Positions 48,746-57,459 of a stretch of 64,000 bases of DNA are shown here, one piece after another. The notes below the pieces were generated by a model, which searched no databases, had not been told where the DNA came from, and was given only the letters and a program-made list of their open reading frames with translations. Source of the stretch: Candidatus Omnitrophota bacterium (lineage in GTDB: Bacteria > Omnitrophota > Omnitrophia > Omnitrophales > Aquincolibacteriaceae); assembly GCA_022709525.1 (NCBI GenBank), contig JAKLIQ010000002.1:64984-128983 (forward strand). Reading direction: 5' to 3'. The position numbers and the translations under genes were made by a program. Each line of letters starts with the position of its first letter. Position 1 is the stretch's first letter.

Positions 48746-48956
48746 GATTGAAAGCTCCTTCGAAGCTGTGTGCCAAGTCCCGATAATAACCGTAGAGGGG
48801 TCTTAGTATACTCAAATCCCCTCATTCCTTAAAGTGGTTTTCAAACGAGCATAAGACTTACGGCGGCTTTTCGGCCGTCAAATCCCGCGCGCGAATTTGC
48901 CCCGAAGAGACCCGGCCCGGCGTCAATTCGGGAATATCCCGGGAAAGAACCCGAGG

Positions 48957-49406
48957 TCATTCCGCCAGGCGGCCGTTGATCTTGACGCGCATGCGGCGGA
49001 CGCCCCATTTTTTGGCGGTCTGGTGGCCCCCCATAGAATCGGGAAAAAAGATGTCGATATGACGGCCTTTTATCTTCCCTCCCCGATCTTCGACCACAAA
49101 TTCTTTTTGCCCGCCTAAAAAGCGGTTGATGGAAAACCAATCCGTCGGCAGAAAAGGAACGAGTTCCACGCGGCTCCCGAACGGGATGGATTTGTCCGCG
49201 GCTACGGCGCCCCAGTGAACGGGTTTGTTATTGGCGAACTTTCCGTCCTGAAAGTCCTTAACGTTGATACAAATAGGGCAATTACAATAAGCTGTCACGA
49301 TATAAGCATGACGCGCCCACAAATAATAATAAGCCGTCCAGAGGCCAAGCGCCAGGATGGCGGCGGCCGTCAGCGTCGCAAGGATCTTGCCGGATCGTTC
49401 GACCAT
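48957..49406 (-). CDS. 3D (Asp-Asp-Asp) domain protein (MltA/YuiC-like)
   Basis: 149 aa; N-terminal TM; VTAYCNCPICI...GAVAADKSIPFGSRVEL...VVEDRGGKIKGRHIDIF 3D-domain signature. Confidence 0.75.
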   Translation of the reverse strand: MVERSGKILATLTAAAILALGLWTAYYYLWARHAYIVTAYCNCPICINVKDFQDGKFANNKPVHWGAVAADKSIPFGSRVELVPFLPTDWFSINRFLGGQKEFVVEDRGGKIKGRHIDIFFPDSMGGHQTAKKWGVRRMRVKINGRLAE

Positions 49407-49407
49407 C

Positions 49408-50646
49408 TCAAGAACTCTCCTTCTGAACAGGCAGATAAGGGATCAAAAAAAGCACGCAAAGCGAAAAAGCGGCTGATACCAAGATAAGCGGCTCAAGGCC
49501 GATCTTCGTGAACAAAAACCCGCCCAGCGCGCCGGAGCCCATCTGCCCGAGATTATAAAACGACATAAGGAGGGCGAAAACAGTCCCGCCGGCATACTGC
49601 GGCGAAGTCCGCGCTGCCATATTAAGAAGCGCCAGAAAGATCACCGCGCTCACAAACCCGAGAAAGAAATTCATCACGAGCGCAATGATCCGAACCGCAA
49701 GTCCATGCAGGACAAGCGACGGGACAAAATAAACAAAATAGGACAGCGTCGCGCCGACCCCTACCCAAACCGCAAGCGTTAAGAATTTCCGCAACTCGAA
49801 GCGTGCAAAAATAAGGCCGTAGAGGGCGCTTCCCAAGAGAGCGCCGACGCTTGTGACGGCCTGCAAGACCCCGAGGAAAGAACCGCTGAATTTCAGTTTG
49901 TCGACGGTATAGTAAAAAAACGGCGCGCCAAAAGAAGGCGAGAAATTCCAGAGAAAAAGGAAAAACGCCAGGATCCAGATCCCGCGATGGCGAAAAATAT
50001 CCCGAAGCCCTACCTCCGCTTCGCGCTCTAAATGACTTCGCGAAGGTTCGCGGACCAGAAAAATCACGATCAAAGCCGTGAGAACCGGAAAGATCCCCGT
50101 AACACCGAAGATCATCTGATAGGACAGCTGCCCTTTTTGCGCAAGTTCCGCGATCTGGCCTCCGGCGAATGAAGTGATGATGAGGGCGACGTAAACCGCC
50201 GTCCATTGGATGGACTGGAACTCCCCCGTCATTTTAAGAGGCTGGCCGGTCTCGACCATGAGGCCGTCGGAGACCACATCTTGGAACGCATAAGCCATGT
50301 GCGCGACCGTCAAAAGCAAAAGGAACGGCATGGCGGCCGGAACCGGAAAAAGAGCGAGAAAAAACCAGACCGAAGCGGCGATAAGCGACGTCAGGATAAG
50401 ATAAGATTTGCGGCGGGACCCAAAGATCGGGCAAAGATCCGAAATAACCCCCCACAGGGGCTTGATCACCCAAGCGATCATCGTGACGGCCTGGAAATAA
50501 GCCAGCTGCGCGGGCGTAAAAGCGGCCTGGTCTTTAAGCATAAAATTGATCGCCAGATTCGGCAGCGCCCCGAGGCCGTTCATCGAGAAAAAATAAACGG
50601 AGGCAAAAACCACAGCCAACGGAAGCCATTCGGAAGTCTTTCTCAT
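49408..50646 (-). CDS. MFS transporter, folate-biopterin transporter (BT1)-like
   Basis: 412 aa, 12 TM; N-terminal LGALPNLAINFMLKD...KPLWGVISD resembles the BT1 family. Confidence 0.65.
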   Translation of the reverse strand: MRKTSEWLPLAVVFASVYFFSMNGLGALPNLAINFMLKDQAAFTPAQLAYFQAVTMIAWVIKPLWGVISDLCPIFGSRRKSYLILTSLIAASVWFFLALFPVPAAMPFLLLLTVAHMAYAFQDVVSDGLMVETGQPLKMTGEFQSIQWTAVYVALIITSFAGGQIAELAQKGQLSYQMIFGVTGIFPVLTALIVIFLVREPSRSHLEREAEVGLRDIFRHRGIWILAFFLFLWNFSPSFGAPFFYYTVDKLKFSGSFLGVLQAVTSVGALLGSALYGLIFARFELRKFLTLAVWVGVGATLSYFVYFVPSLVLHGLAVRIIALVMNFFLGFVSAVIFLALLNMAARTSPQYAGGTVFALLMSFYNLGQMGSGALGGFLFTKIGLEPLILVSAAFSLCVLFLIPYLPVQKESS

Positions 50647-50754
50647 GCGAACAGCATAACAAAAAACGCTTTTGGGAAAAGTTTTATTTTGGCCGCACGG
50701 CGCGTGAATTTCAAAAAAGCCCCTCCTTGTTTGATGATATGTTAAAATCCGCCT

Positions 50755-51459
50755 ATGCCTTCCAAATTGCTTTTATTCGATATCGACGGCACTTTGCTTT
50801 TAACGGGCGGCGCCGGTAAGATCGCCTTCGAGGAAGCTTTCGAGGAGATCTTTGAGATCCCGAACGCCTGGGGTCGTCTTGATCCCCACGGCAAAACCGA
50901 CCCGGCTATTTTTGACGAGGTTGCCAAGCGCGAGCTTGGCCGCCTGCTTACCCCCGGTGAATTCGACCTTTTGATGGAACGCTATGAAGAGATCTTTGAG
51001 GAGCGGATCCATGAATCGCCGCGTTTTGAGCTGATGCCGGGCGTCATCGAGATCCTTGAACATCTTTCACGCGACGCGGATATTTTTCTTGCGCTTGCCA
51101 CCGGCAATTTCGAAGGGGCCGGACGGATGAAGCTTAAACGCGGCGGCGTGGAGCATTATTTCCTGACGGGCGGCTTCGGGAATGACGCGCGAGAACGCGA
51201 AAAGATCGTCCTTGCCGCCGTTTCTTATTCAGAAGAATTCGCGCGGAAACGTTTTGAGAAGAACAGGATCTTCGTGATCGGAGACACGGAATACGATATC
51301 GCGGCCGCCAAAAAAGCCGGCGTCCGGAGCATCGCCGTGCTTACCAACGGCAGGACCCGCCAACATTTCAAAAAAGACCCTCCCGACCACATCCTGAACG
51401 ATTTGACCGACATCCCCGCTTTTATGGAGTGTCTGAACGGACAAACTTCCTCAAAGTGA
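50755..51459 (+). CDS. HAD superfamily hydrolase (subfamily IA-like)
   Basis: 234 aa; motif I LLFDIDGTLL; C-terminal GDTEYDIAAAKKAG motif; the only supportable plus-strand gene in the window. Confidence 0.85.
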   Translation: MPSKLLLFDIDGTLLLTGGAGKIAFEEAFEEIFEIPNAWGRLDPHGKTDPAIFDEVAKRELGRLLTPGEFDLLMERYEEIFEERIHESPRFELMPGVIEILEHLSRDADIFLALATGNFEGAGRMKLKRGGVEHYFLTGGFGNDAREREKIVLAAVSYSEEFARKRFEKNRIFVIGDTEYDIAAAKKAGVRSIAVLTNGRTRQHFKKDPPDHILNDLTDIPAFMECLNGQTSSK

Positions 51460-52131
51460 GTTGCGCTCTGAAAAACTGAAGTATTGGTTCTCGCCGATAA
51501 TGATATGGTCCAGAACGCGAACCGAAACCGTCTGACAGGCCGCTTTGATCTTCTGCGTGATCTCATAATCCTCCCGGCTTGGTTCGACCTTCCCTGACGG
51601 ATGATTGTGAACAAGCACGATGCTGGAAGCGTGGTATTCCAACGCCGCCTTCACGATCTCGCGAGGATGGACCGCTGCCTCATCGATCGTCCCGATAAAA
51701 AGATCCCGCTCCCCGAGAATGCGAAGGCCCTTATCGAGAAGAAGGATTTTGAAGATCTCGCGTTTTTGATCGCGCAGCGCGGCCGTAAGGTAATCGGTAA
51801 CGGCTTGCGGGCTACGGACAAAATTCTGCCCGATCATTTTTTCGCGAAGCTGTCGAAGCCCGATCTCCCGAACCGCAAAAAGCATGGCGGTCTTGGCTAG
51901 GCCCATTCCTTTGACCTTGCCGAGGGCATCGGACTGCTGGATCAAAACCCCGCGAAGCCCGCCGAATTGAAGCAATAGATTTCTCGAAAAACTAACCACA
52001 TCCTGGCCGCGCGTACCATGCCCGAAGAGCACAGCCAGAAGCTCCGCATCCGAAAGCGCCGCCGCGCCTTTGTGCAGTAATTTCTCTCTCGGCCGCTCCA
52101 TTTGCGGCCATTCCCGAATGCTTTTGATCAT
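51451..52131 (-). CDS. radC: RadC-family JAB/MPN domain protein (UPF0758)
   Basis: 226 aa; N-terminal HhH-like (LSDAELLAVLFGHG), C-terminal JAMM HNHPSG; convergent 9 nt overlap with the HAD gene. Confidence 0.85.
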   Translation of the reverse strand: MIKSIREWPQMERPREKLLHKGAAALSDAELLAVLFGHGTRGQDVVSFSRNLLLQFGGLRGVLIQQSDALGKVKGMGLAKTAMLFAVREIGLRQLREKMIGQNFVRSPQAVTDYLTAALRDQKREIFKILLLDKGLRILGERDLFIGTIDEAAVHPREIVKAALEYHASSIVLVHNHPSGKVEPSREDYEITQKIKAACQTVSVRVLDHIIIGENQYFSFSERNSL

Positions 52132-52146
52132 GATAAGTGCCGGGAT

Positions 52147-52671
52147 CTACGGATGAAACCCGATCGGTCCCTTGGGCTTTGAAGGTTGATCCAGCATTTT
52201 TCGGATAGTTAGGATAATGTTTCTGATCGCATCATCATGATCGCCCACTCTGCGTTCCAGCTCCAAGAACTTGTGCGCCAGATCCTTATTCGTTGAAAGG
52301 ATTTCGCGCAACCTCACGAAAGCCCGCGTGATGGCGATATTGACCTGAACGGCTCTAGGGCTGTTCAAGACACTTGAAAGCATGAGAATCCCGTGTTCGG
52401 TGAAAACATACGGAAGATATTTTGTATGCTTGCCGCGACCAAGTCTGTCTAAGGTGCCAATTTGGCACCTTAGACGCATGACTTCGTGCTTCCTAAGCGT
52501 GAACATGAAATCCGAAGGAAACCGCTCGCGATTTCTATTCACCTGCCGCTTTAAATATTTCGTTTCTACGCCGTACATTCTAGCCAGATCCGTATCCAGC
52601 ATGACCTTATGGCTTCGAACCAGATGGATCGATGCTGCTATTTTTTGAGTTTGAAGTTGTTCTGTTTTCAC
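52147..52671 (-). CDS. ORF6N (KilA-N-related) domain protein
   Basis: 174 aa; ORF6N signature (VMLDTDLARMYGVETKYLKRQVNRNRERFPSDFMFTL); GC visibly lower than neighbours; AT-rich upstream region. Confidence 0.75.
   Translation of the reverse strand: MKTEQLQTQKIAASIHLVRSHKVMLDTDLARMYGVETKYLKRQVNRNRERFPSDFMFTLRKHEVMRLRCQIGTLDRLGRGKHTKYLPYVFTEHGILMLSSVLNSPRAVQVNIAITRAFVRLREILSTNKDLAHKFLELERRVGDHDDAIRNIILTIRKMLDQPSKPKGPIGFHP
52449..52473. repeat. 25 bp perfect palindrome CTAAGGTGCCAA-T-TTGGCACCTTAG inside the ORF6N coding sequence
   Basis: first 12 nt are the exact reverse complement of the last 12 nt. Confidence 0.9.
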
Positions 52672-52779
52672 GATACGAAACTATCATAGAATTGATTATA
52701 TGTCAATTTTATATTGATTTTTTAATATTTTAAAACAAGGGCTTCCCTCGGGTAAATAAATCGCATTTTGAAGGCAATG

Positions 52780-53205
52780 CTAGGAGAGAGTGATACGGCG
52801 TTGGGTGGTATCGAGGATATCGAAATGGATGTGGCGGGCGGTGGCGGGCAGAAGTGCGGCGGCTTTCTCGGCCCACTCGACGCAGGAGATGGCGTGCGGG
52901 TCGTTCACAAAATCCTGAAAACCGATATTTTCCAGCTCTTCCAGGGAATCAAGCCGGTAACAGTCAAAGTGATAAAGCGGCGTCTTGGCCTTATAGATAT
53001 GCATCAGAACGAATGTCGGGCTCTTCACCTGCTCCGGATGTTTGAGCCCGAGACCTTCCGCGAGACCTTTGATAAAGGTCGTTTTCCCGCTCCCGAGCTG
53101 CCCTTCCAGACAAAGGACTGTTCCCGGTTTAAGACCCGCGGCGAACTTTTTCGCAAATTCGATCGTCTCTTGAGGTAATGAGGTTGTGATAGCCCGCTTC
53201 TTCAT
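52780..53205 (-). CDS. tsaE: tRNA threonylcarbamoyladenosine biosynthesis protein TsaE
   Basis: ORF to 53262; probable start MKKRAIT at ~53205, abutting the thiL stop; Walker A GQLGSGKTTFIKG and HFDCYRL motif. Confidence 0.85.
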   Translation of the reverse strand: MKKRAITTSLPQETIEFAKKFAAGLKPGTVLCLEGQLGSGKTTFIKGLAEGLGLKHPEQVKSPTFVLMHIYKAKTPLYHFDCYRLDSLEELENIGFQDFVNDPHAISCVEWAEKAAALLPATARHIHFDILDTTQRRITLS

Positions 53206-53206
53206 A

Positions 53207-54139
53207 TTAAAAATGCGAGAACCCTTTTTGAGAAAGCTTCGGCGCCTTAACGACTTTTCCATGACGCATCCAGCGTATCACCGGATTTTTTCCCTCGATC
53301 TTCCCTATCCATGTCAAAGGCGCTTTGGGAAATTTTTTCTTCCAGATTTTTTCTAGTATTTTTTTCTTTTTAGGTGACGCGGTAAATAACAACTCAAAAT
53401 CTTCGCCGTCACTTAACGCTCTGCTGAGCGCTTTCTTTTTATTTCCAGAACTCATTTTTTTTGCATCACGAGAAACTGGGACCTTATCAAGGTCGATCAC
53501 AGCGCCAACTCCGGAAGCTTTGAGGATATGCTCCAGGTCCTGGACAAGTCCGTCTGAAATATCGATCATGGCTGAAGGCGTGACATGTTGAGCTAGAAAG
53601 AGCCCTTCCCGGATACGCGGCGTAAAATCACAGTGATGGCCCAAAAGCGAGCCGCCTAAAAAGCCCGTTACCGCGATCCAATCCCCCGGTTTGGCACCGG
53701 ACCGTTTTATGATCTGATCCGGTGCGGCTTCACCAAAGATCGTAATGCTCGCAAAGAATTCTTTGGACCTTGAGAAATCGCCGCCAATACACGGAACATC
53801 GCATTGTTTCGTCAGCGCCAAAAGACCTTTGTAAAAATGCTTCAGCCATACTGTTGTGATGTATGCGGGTTTTCCGATACTGATCACAAAAGCCACAGGC
53901 GTTGCGCCCATCGCGGCGATATCGCTTAAATTGATCGCGAGCGCCTTGCGGCCGATCTTTTCGGGGCTCAATGCCTTGCGATTGAAATCAACATTCTCCA
54001 CGATCACATCTGTGGAAACGACAAGCTGCTTGCCTTTGCCAATACCCAGCGCGGCCGCGTCATCTCCGATGCCGACACGAACTCGCCCGGCGGTCCGGAT
54101 CTTCTTTCTCAGATATTCGATAAACGAAAATTCGTCCAT
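53207..54139 (-). CDS. thiL: Thiamine-monophosphate kinase
   Basis: 310 aa; N-terminal GIGDDAA...VVSTDVIVENVDF AIR-synthase-like fold typical of ThiL. Confidence 0.85.
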   Translation of the reverse strand: MDEFSFIEYLRKKIRTAGRVRVGIGDDAAALGIGKGKQLVVSTDVIVENVDFNRKALSPEKIGRKALAINLSDIAAMGATPVAFVISIGKPAYITTVWLKHFYKGLLALTKQCDVPCIGGDFSRSKEFFASITIFGEAAPDQIIKRSGAKPGDWIAVTGFLGGSLLGHHCDFTPRIREGLFLAQHVTPSAMIDISDGLVQDLEHILKASGVGAVIDLDKVPVSRDAKKMSSGNKKKALSRALSDGEDFELLFTASPKKKKILEKIWKKKFPKAPLTWIGKIEGKNPVIRWMRHGKVVKAPKLSQKGFSHF

Positions 54140-54151
54140 TGGCTTTTATTT

Positions 54152-54394
54152 TCAAAAAAAGCGAAGCAGCCAAAACAATATCCCAATGCACAGCACAATA
54201 CCTAAGCGAACTAAAAATACTCTAGTGCTCGGAACCCGTGAAATCCAATTAGACCATCCACCAGACCTACCATCGCTTTCTTCACCAAAATAATCCACCC
54301 CATCAACAAACCGCCTTCCACATTTCCAGCATTTTAAAAACGCTGGGTTGTTTTTTGTATTGCAAGAAGAACAAATCCTGGATTTTATTAGCAT
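54152..54394 (-). CDS. Small zinc-ribbon membrane protein (80 aa)
   Basis: CxxC...CxxC (CSSC...CWKC) N-terminal ribbon + C-terminal TM; tightly packed between mtnA and thiL. Confidence 0.45.
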   Translation of the reverse strand: MLIKSRICSSCNTKNNPAFLKCWKCGRRFVDGVDYFGEESDGRSGGWSNWISRVPSTRVFLVRLGIVLCIGILFWLLRFF

Positions 54395-54412
54395 GTGAGC
54401 ATTCTTTCTATT

Positions 54413-55495
54413 TCAAACTCTTATTTTTAGAAGATTCCATTTAAGAATTTTTTGAATCTTTTTTATGGACCGCTTAAAAGGCGGTTTCAGAACGCCGGCT
54501 TCGGTGATGATGCCGGAAATATACTGGTGCGGCGTCACATCAAAGGAAGGATTGAAGATCTTCATCCCCTTCGGCGCAAGCTGCTTGCCGTGCATATGGG
54601 AGACCTCGTGGTGCGGCCGCTCCTCGATCGGGATATCTTTCCCCGTTCTGGCTTTGAGGTCAAAGGTCGTGCTCGGCGCGGCGATATAGAACGGGATCTT
54701 GTGAACGTGCGCCAGGACCGCGACACCGTAAGTGCCGATCTTATTGGCGGTATCGCCATTCATGGCAATGCGGTCCGCGCCCACGACCACCCCATCGATC
54801 TTTCCGGCGCGCATAAGACTCGCCGCCATATTGTCGCAGATCAAGGTCGACGGGATCTTGCTCTTGAAGAGTTCCCAAGCCGTCAAGCGCGCGCCCTGCA
54901 GAAGCGGCCGCGTTTCGTCCGCATAGACAAAGAACGGGATCTTTTTTTCCTTCATCGCGTAAAACACCGCAAGCGCCGTCCCGTAACCCGACGTGGCCAG
55001 TCCCCCGGCATTACAATGCGTCAGGATCCTGGAGCCCCGTTTAAAGAGTTTTGCGCCGTGTTTCCCGATATTGCGGCAGATCAGGATATCTTCGTTATGA
55101 ATGGCCTTCGCTTCCGTAAGTGTGATCTTTTTTAAATGTTCAACGCTTTTATCGCGGTGCAGGGCGATCTGTTGCAGGATGCGTTCAACGGCATAAGCGA
55201 GATTGCGCGCCGTGGGCCGGGCGGAATCAAGATACCGCCCCTCCTGAAATAGCTTTTTCATAAAATTTTTGCGCGTTCCGCGGAAAGACCGGACACCCAG
55301 ATAAAGTCCGTAACCGGCCGTGATCCCGATCGCCGGAGCGCCTCGCACGACCATGTTGCGGATCGCCTTCCAGACATCCCGGGAACTTCGGCATGGGACC
55401 CACTTTTCATGGACCGGCAGCTTCCGCTGGTCGAGAAGATAAAGCGTATCCCCAACAAAACGTATTGGTGAAAACGGTACTTTTAGATTTTTCAT
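54413..55495 (-). CDS. mtnA: S-methyl-5-thioribose-1-phosphate isomerase (eIF-2B alpha/beta/delta-like)
   Basis: ORF to 55513; start probably MKNLKVPFSPIRF; RGAPAIGITAGYGLYLG and C-terminal MtnA pattern. Confidence 0.8.
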   Translation of the reverse strand: MKNLKVPFSPIRFVGDTLYLLDQRKLPVHEKWVPCRSSRDVWKAIRNMVVRGAPAIGITAGYGLYLGVRSFRGTRKNFMKKLFQEGRYLDSARPTARNLAYAVERILQQIALHRDKSVEHLKKITLTEAKAIHNEDILICRNIGKHGAKLFKRGSRILTHCNAGGLATSGYGTALAVFYAMKEKKIPFFVYADETRPLLQGARLTAWELFKSKIPSTLICDNMAASLMRAGKIDGVVVGADRIAMNGDTANKIGTYGVAVLAHVHKIPFYIAAPSTTFDLKARTGKDIPIEERPHHEVSHMHGKQLAPKGMKIFNPSFDVTPHQYISGIITEAGVLKPPFKRSIKKIQKILKWNLLKIRV

Positions 55496-55509
55496 GGCGG
55501 CTCCCCGCT

Positions 55510-56586
55510 TCAACGGCTGATGATCTGTTTGATCAAGAAAAAATAGGCGATAAAAAGCGTGTTGTGCGTGATATGGAGCACGATCGGCGCGATAAGCGAG
55601 TTGCGTTTGTCATAAAGATACGCGAGCGCGATCCCCAGGATAAAAACCGGCCAGAAGACAAAGCCCGAGTGATGGATCCCCGCGAAAAAAGCGGCGCTTA
55701 GGGTCATGCCCCAGAATTTTCCCCATTTGTTGCGGAGGATCGGATAACAAAATCCGCGGAAAAAGATCTCTTCGAACACAGGGCCGATGACCGCGCCTAA
55801 GACCACGGAACCGATCATGAAAAGAGGCGCGCGCTTTTCCTCTTCGAGGAAGACATTGACGAGCGGATGCGGGGGCGGCTCATAACGGATCAGCGTCGCG
55901 AACAAAAGCAGAATGACGACCGTGACGGCGAAAAGCGGCAAGATCCCGAGATATCCCAAGAAACCGGCGCCGGCTTCCTTAAAAAATCCGCCAGCCGGCA
56001 TACGAAGCCCCAAGTCCCGCCAATTCCCGCCGCTTGAACGCACAAATTTCACCATGAAATAAAGGCAGATGAGATTCAGGCTGAGCGTATGCACGATCAT
56101 ATAGTGATTATCCGTGGCCGCCTTGGGGAAAAACGCGTGAAACACCCCCATGAGAAAACTCAGCAGAAGCCCCCAGAGCATGAAAAGGAGCACGATCTTA
56201 AAAAGCATCGAAAAAGGCCACGTACCGTTCCCGGGAGGGCTGAGGTCCGTTCTGATCTTTTCAAAAAGATCCCGCTTCCAGATCCACAAGATATCGATCA
56301 CCGCTCCGGCCAGAAAAGCCAGCATGAAAAAAATCGTCATCATCTGGAAAAGATTCGCGAGGACCGGCTCCCGTTTGGCAAAATCGCGGAACGCGCCTTC
56401 TTTTTCCATATCCTTGTTCCATTTTTCTTCGGCCTGACGGAAATCATTGATTTCCTGCGAGGGTTTGGGCGCCGGCTCTTGTGGCCTCGGGCGAAAGAAG
56501 AAAAACCCGTAAAACGCGAGAAGGGCGAGCAGAAGCCAGAAATATAAGGGCTCTTTTTTAAAGAAACTATAGATGGATCTCAGCAT
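55510..56586 (-). CDS. CPBP family intramembrane glutamic endopeptidase (CAAX protease/Abi-like)
   Basis: 358 aa; multi-TM; EEIFFRG (EExxxR), FFAGIHH and LHITHN motifs. Confidence 0.8.
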   Translation of the reverse strand: MLRSIYSFFKKEPLYFWLLLALLAFYGFFFFRPRPQEPAPKPSQEINDFRQAEEKWNKDMEKEGAFRDFAKREPVLANLFQMMTIFFMLAFLAGAVIDILWIWKRDLFEKIRTDLSPPGNGTWPFSMLFKIVLLFMLWGLLLSFLMGVFHAFFPKAATDNHYMIVHTLSLNLICLYFMVKFVRSSGGNWRDLGLRMPAGGFFKEAGAGFLGYLGILPLFAVTVVILLLFATLIRYEPPPHPLVNVFLEEEKRAPLFMIGSVVLGAVIGPVFEEIFFRGFCYPILRNKWGKFWGMTLSAAFFAGIHHSGFVFWPVFILGIALAYLYDKRNSLIAPIVLHITHNTLFIAYFFLIKQIISR

Positions 56587-57383
56587 AACCCGAAAAGGCC
56601 TTTCGCGTTTTCAGTCGTAAGGTGTGCTATTTCTGCCAAATCCATTTTATGAAGTTTCGCGGTATATTCGGCCGTTTCGATCATAAAAAGCGGCTCATTG
56701 CGCTGGCCCCGCTTCGACTGCGGCGCAAGATACGGCGCGTCGGTCTCAAGAAGCAGCCGGTCTTTCGGACAAACCGCGCAGGCTTCGCGAAGCGGGTCGT
56801 TCTTTTTATAGGTCAAAGCCCCGCCAAAGGCGATATGGAAACCCAGGTCGAGGAATTTTTTCATGGTTTTCGCGTCCGAAGAATAACAATGCAGCACGCC
56901 CCGGTACGGCGCTTTCCCGTGCTCTTGAAGCACCGTAAGCAGCTCCGCATAAGCATCGCGGCAATGGATGATGATAGGCTTGCGATGTTGGTCATACCAG
57001 GATAGAAATGTTCGCAGAAGTTTCTGCTGTACTTCACGCGGTGAATGCTCGTGAAAATAATCCAGCCCGACCTCCCCGATCGCCACAACCTTTGGGTGAG
57101 AGAGCAGCTTTTCGAGTCCCGCGAGCTCCGCGTCCCGCGCATGCTTCGTTTCGTGCGGGTGATAACCTACCGCGGCATAAACTTCGGGATACTCCTCGGC
57201 AATGGCAATGGCTTTTTTTGAATCTTCCAGATCAGTGCCGATATTGAGGAAATGCCGGACCCCGCCTTCAATGGCCCGGCGAATTATTTCCGCGCGATCG
57301 GCGTCATACTGGGGGAAATGCAGATGAAGATGGGTATCCGCTAGCCCCGTACCACAACCAAAATGCTCGGGCTGGATTTCCAT
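56580..57383 (-). CDS. tatD: TatD family metal-dependent DNase/hydrolase
   Basis: ORF to 57479; probable start MEIQPEHF at ~57383 or MNTSKD at ~57401; ADTHLHLHF, GEVGLDY and further TatD motifs. Confidence 0.85.
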   Translation of the reverse strand: MEIQPEHFGCGTGLADTHLHLHFPQYDADRAEIIRRAIEGGVRHFLNIGTDLEDSKKAIAIAEEYPEVYAAVGYHPHETKHARDAELAGLEKLLSHPKVVAIGEVGLDYFHEHSPREVQQKLLRTFLSWYDQHRKPIIIHCRDAYAELLTVLQEHGKAPYRGVLHCYSSDAKTMKKFLDLGFHIAFGGALTYKKNDPLREACAVCPKDRLLLETDAPYLAPQSKRGQRNEPLFMIETAEYTAKLHKMDLAEIAHLTTENAKGLFGLC

Positions 57384-57459
57384 ATCTTTGGAAGTATTCA
57401 TACTCCTTGATGCCTGAGCAGATATGCAACTTGGGTTCGTTGTTGGTACGGGGTAAAGT

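Noticed and set aside
48841-49140. 99 aa ORF overlapping the 3' part of the 3D-domain gene
   Set aside because: Fully overlapped by a gene with a clear domain signature. Arg/Pro-rich translation typical of an off-frame GC-rich read.
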